Origin: a virus
Virus record (IMG/VR): IMGVR_UViG_3300007505_000002
DNA length: 5,535 bases
Reading direction: 5' to 3' (one strand)
How positions within the stretch are numbered: position 1 is the stretch's first letter; every line of letters begins with the position of its first letter. Below, in pieces: positions 4,048 through 5,535 of this stretch. The position numbers and the translations under genes are program-made. The notes below the pieces were generated by a model. That model searched no databases and was not told where the DNA came from. It worked only from the letters and a program-made list of their open reading frames with translations.

Positions 4048-4622
4048 TGGGATTCGGTTGGGCCGAAGTCGCTGGAGGCGTCGGTTCCTTAATTGGAACC
4101 GTCGCTCAAGATCATTACAATCGTCGCGCTGCCAACCAGCAGCGTGACTGGGAATACAACATGTCCGGCTCCGCCCACCAGCGGGAAGTAAAGGATCTAA
4201 AGGCCGCTGGCCTCAATCCTATTCTCTCCGCTGGCGGCCAAGGAGCCTCGACACCACAAGGCGCAACAATGACTCCGCCTACCATCTCCATGCCTGGAGT
4301 AATGGAAGTCGCGAATCTCAAACTTGCACAACAAAAAAACCAACTCGATGGACAGAGAGTTCTTAATGAAACGCAAAATACTGCCAATAATACTGCCCTC
4401 ACTAATTCAACTATTGCGAAGAATCTTACGTCTTCCGAACTTGACAAAGTAAATACGCTCGCGACCAAAGGCGGTATCGGTACGAAATTTCTCGGCACAG
4501 ATGTTTTTAAAAAATTAGACCAGCCGGTCTTTAAAGAACAAAACATGCCGCGAAAAAAGTACAACCCGCTCAATCCGCCTGGAATGAATCAACCAAACAT
4601 CAGAATGGGAAGCCCTTATTAA
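4047..4622 (+). CDS. VP2: VP2 minor capsid / DNA pilot protein, 191 aa.
   Basis: The start overlaps the VP1 stop by 1 nt (TAATG). GAGG (4038..4041) lies 5 nt upstream. The protein has a Gly-rich hydrophobic N-terminus, and the motif SAHQREVKDLKAAGLNPILS matches the conserved ..YQR...D.K.AGLNP.L block of gokushovirus VP2. Confidence 0.85.
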   Translation: MGFGWAEVAGGVGSLIGTVAQDHYNRRAANQQRDWEYNMSGSAHQREVKDLKAAGLNPILSAGGQGASTPQGATMTPPTISMPGVMEVANLKLAQQKNQLDGQRVLNETQNTANNTALTNSTIAKNLTSSELDKVNTLATKGGIGTKFLGTDVFKKLDQPVFKEQNMPRKKYNPLNPPGMNQPNIRMGSPY

Positions 4623-5209
4623 TGAAAAAGCTAAATAAAACCCCGAACGTTCCACAAAATGAAAAATTGAACTTCGAAACTGGCGAGATGGAACAAATCC
4701 CTCTCGGCCAACTTAACGAGGTGATCGTGACCGAGGAGATACGTCCCAATGGCACCGTTCGCCGTAGGACCGATTACAAAAACTGCCCGACACTAGCGGA
4801 GCAGCACACAGCTCATCTAACAAACCTCAACTATCTAATCGAAAAATACCAACCCGATGAACTCGCTGCCTACCTTGCAGCCCGTGACCAATATAGACAA
4901 GAAATCATGGGACATGATTTCGCGTCAGAACCATCTTTGCAAGATGCAAAAAACCATGTTTACTACTCTAAACAAGCATATGCAGAACTCCCAGAAAAAG
5001 TCCGTAATCAATTCCGATCTCACTTAGACTTTATTAAATACGCGGATAATCCGCGAAATGCTCAACTCCTCGTCGATAACGGTATCGTTACGAGCGAGCA
5101 ACTTCAAAACATCCTTATTTCTGACCAACCACTGGTCATGACAGCTAAAATCCACCCTCCGGGTGAAACACCAAAAACTGATAATCAACAATCAGACACT
5201 AAATCCTAA
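4622..5209 (+). CDS. VP3: VP3 internal scaffolding protein, 195 aa.
   Basis: The start overlaps the VP2 stop by 1 nt (TAATG). The C-terminal block DF....SLQDA.N.V..S.QAYAELPEKVRNQF......FIKYADNP.N resembles Chlamydia-phage-type scaffold proteins. Its position after VP2 is canonical. Confidence 0.85.
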   Translation: MKKLNKTPNVPQNEKLNFETGEMEQIPLGQLNEVIVTEEIRPNGTVRRRTDYKNCPTLAEQHTAHLTNLNYLIEKYQPDELAAYLAARDQYRQEIMGHDFASEPSLQDAKNHVYYSKQAYAELPEKVRNQFRSHLDFIKYADNPRNAQLLVDNGIVTSEQLQNILISDQPLVMTAKIHPPGETPKTDNQQSDTKS

Positions 5210-5535
5210 TCACTCCGCGCGTGCGCGTGTCCCACGTGCGCGTGCGTCTCTTAGGCGCTTGTCGCCTCTTCTATTATCTATCTCTATTCCTTCAACCATG
5301 GTGAGAGTACACAATGCTCACCAAAATCCTCTATCCCCTGAGCTAATCAGGTCGCCGGGCCTATCGCTCATAGGCCGGCACGAATCCGAGCATGAGGGTG
5401 TTAGGGAGCGCGCAGCTGCTCCCTAACTACACAAATCTTCTAACAATAAAAATCAAACAATCCGCGCCCGAAGGGCGGAGCGGCTACGGCACCGTGCCCA
5501 TTTGTTCAATTAGTATTCTTAAATATTTAAGATAC
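4964..5535. repeat. Terminal redundancy, copy 2 of 1..572. Every element listed between 1 and 572 recurs here at +4963.
   Basis: Same comparison as for copy 1. The offset of 4963 is constant at the start, middle and end of the repeat. Confidence 0.95.

Noticed and set aside
4115-4573. 152-aa minus-strand ORF inside VP2, plus minus-strand ORFs at 3322..3582, 2833..3030, 2044..2250, 2151..2354 and 910..1134.
   Set aside because: All lie antisense within conserved structural or replication genes, with no SD or terminator context and low-complexity translations. They are typical shadow ORFs.
1-5535. Looked for CRISPR arrays, rRNA/tRNA genes, an integrase or transposase, and toxin-antitoxin or defence genes of recognisable families.
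   Set aside because: None was found. The only long repeat is the assembly wrap-around. The only short repeats are the spacer motifs reported above.

Overview
The window is about 1.1 copies of a small circular genome. Bases 1..572 are repeated exactly at 4964..5535 (offset 4963), so the unit length is 4963 nt. Gene content and protein motifs identify a Microviridae / Gokushovirinae-type ssDNA phage. All six recognisable genes are on the + strand, in the order VP5-like, VP8 (small basic DNA-binding protein), VP4 (HUH replication initiator), VP1 (major capsid), VP2 (pilot/minor capsid) and VP3 (internal scaffold). VP4, VP1, VP2 and VP3 are packed with abutting or 1-nt overlapping stop/start codons.

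The unusual part is the 624-nt spacer between VP3 and VP5 (247..870), about one eighth of the genome. It contains:
- a chain of GC-rich hairpins immediately after VP3, the first built from two alternating pyrimidine-purine arms;
- a 47-codon ORF on the opposite strand with its own Shine-Dalgarno sequence and a correctly oriented terminator-like hairpin;
- two hairpins that bracket this antisense cassette and share the stem core TGTTAGGG/CCCTAAC;
- a near-consensus sigma70-type promoter facing VP5 with repeated GTCATAT boxes, one of which also overlaps the antisense start codon.

Separately, a 10-bp stem-loop in the VP5-VP8 gap presents ACTTGATA in its loop. This is identical to the core of the phiX174 gene A nick site, making it a candidate (+) origin. 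I found no tRNA/rRNA, CRISPR array, transposase, integrase or lysis gene. Every functional reading of the spacer elements is inference from sequence patterns only.
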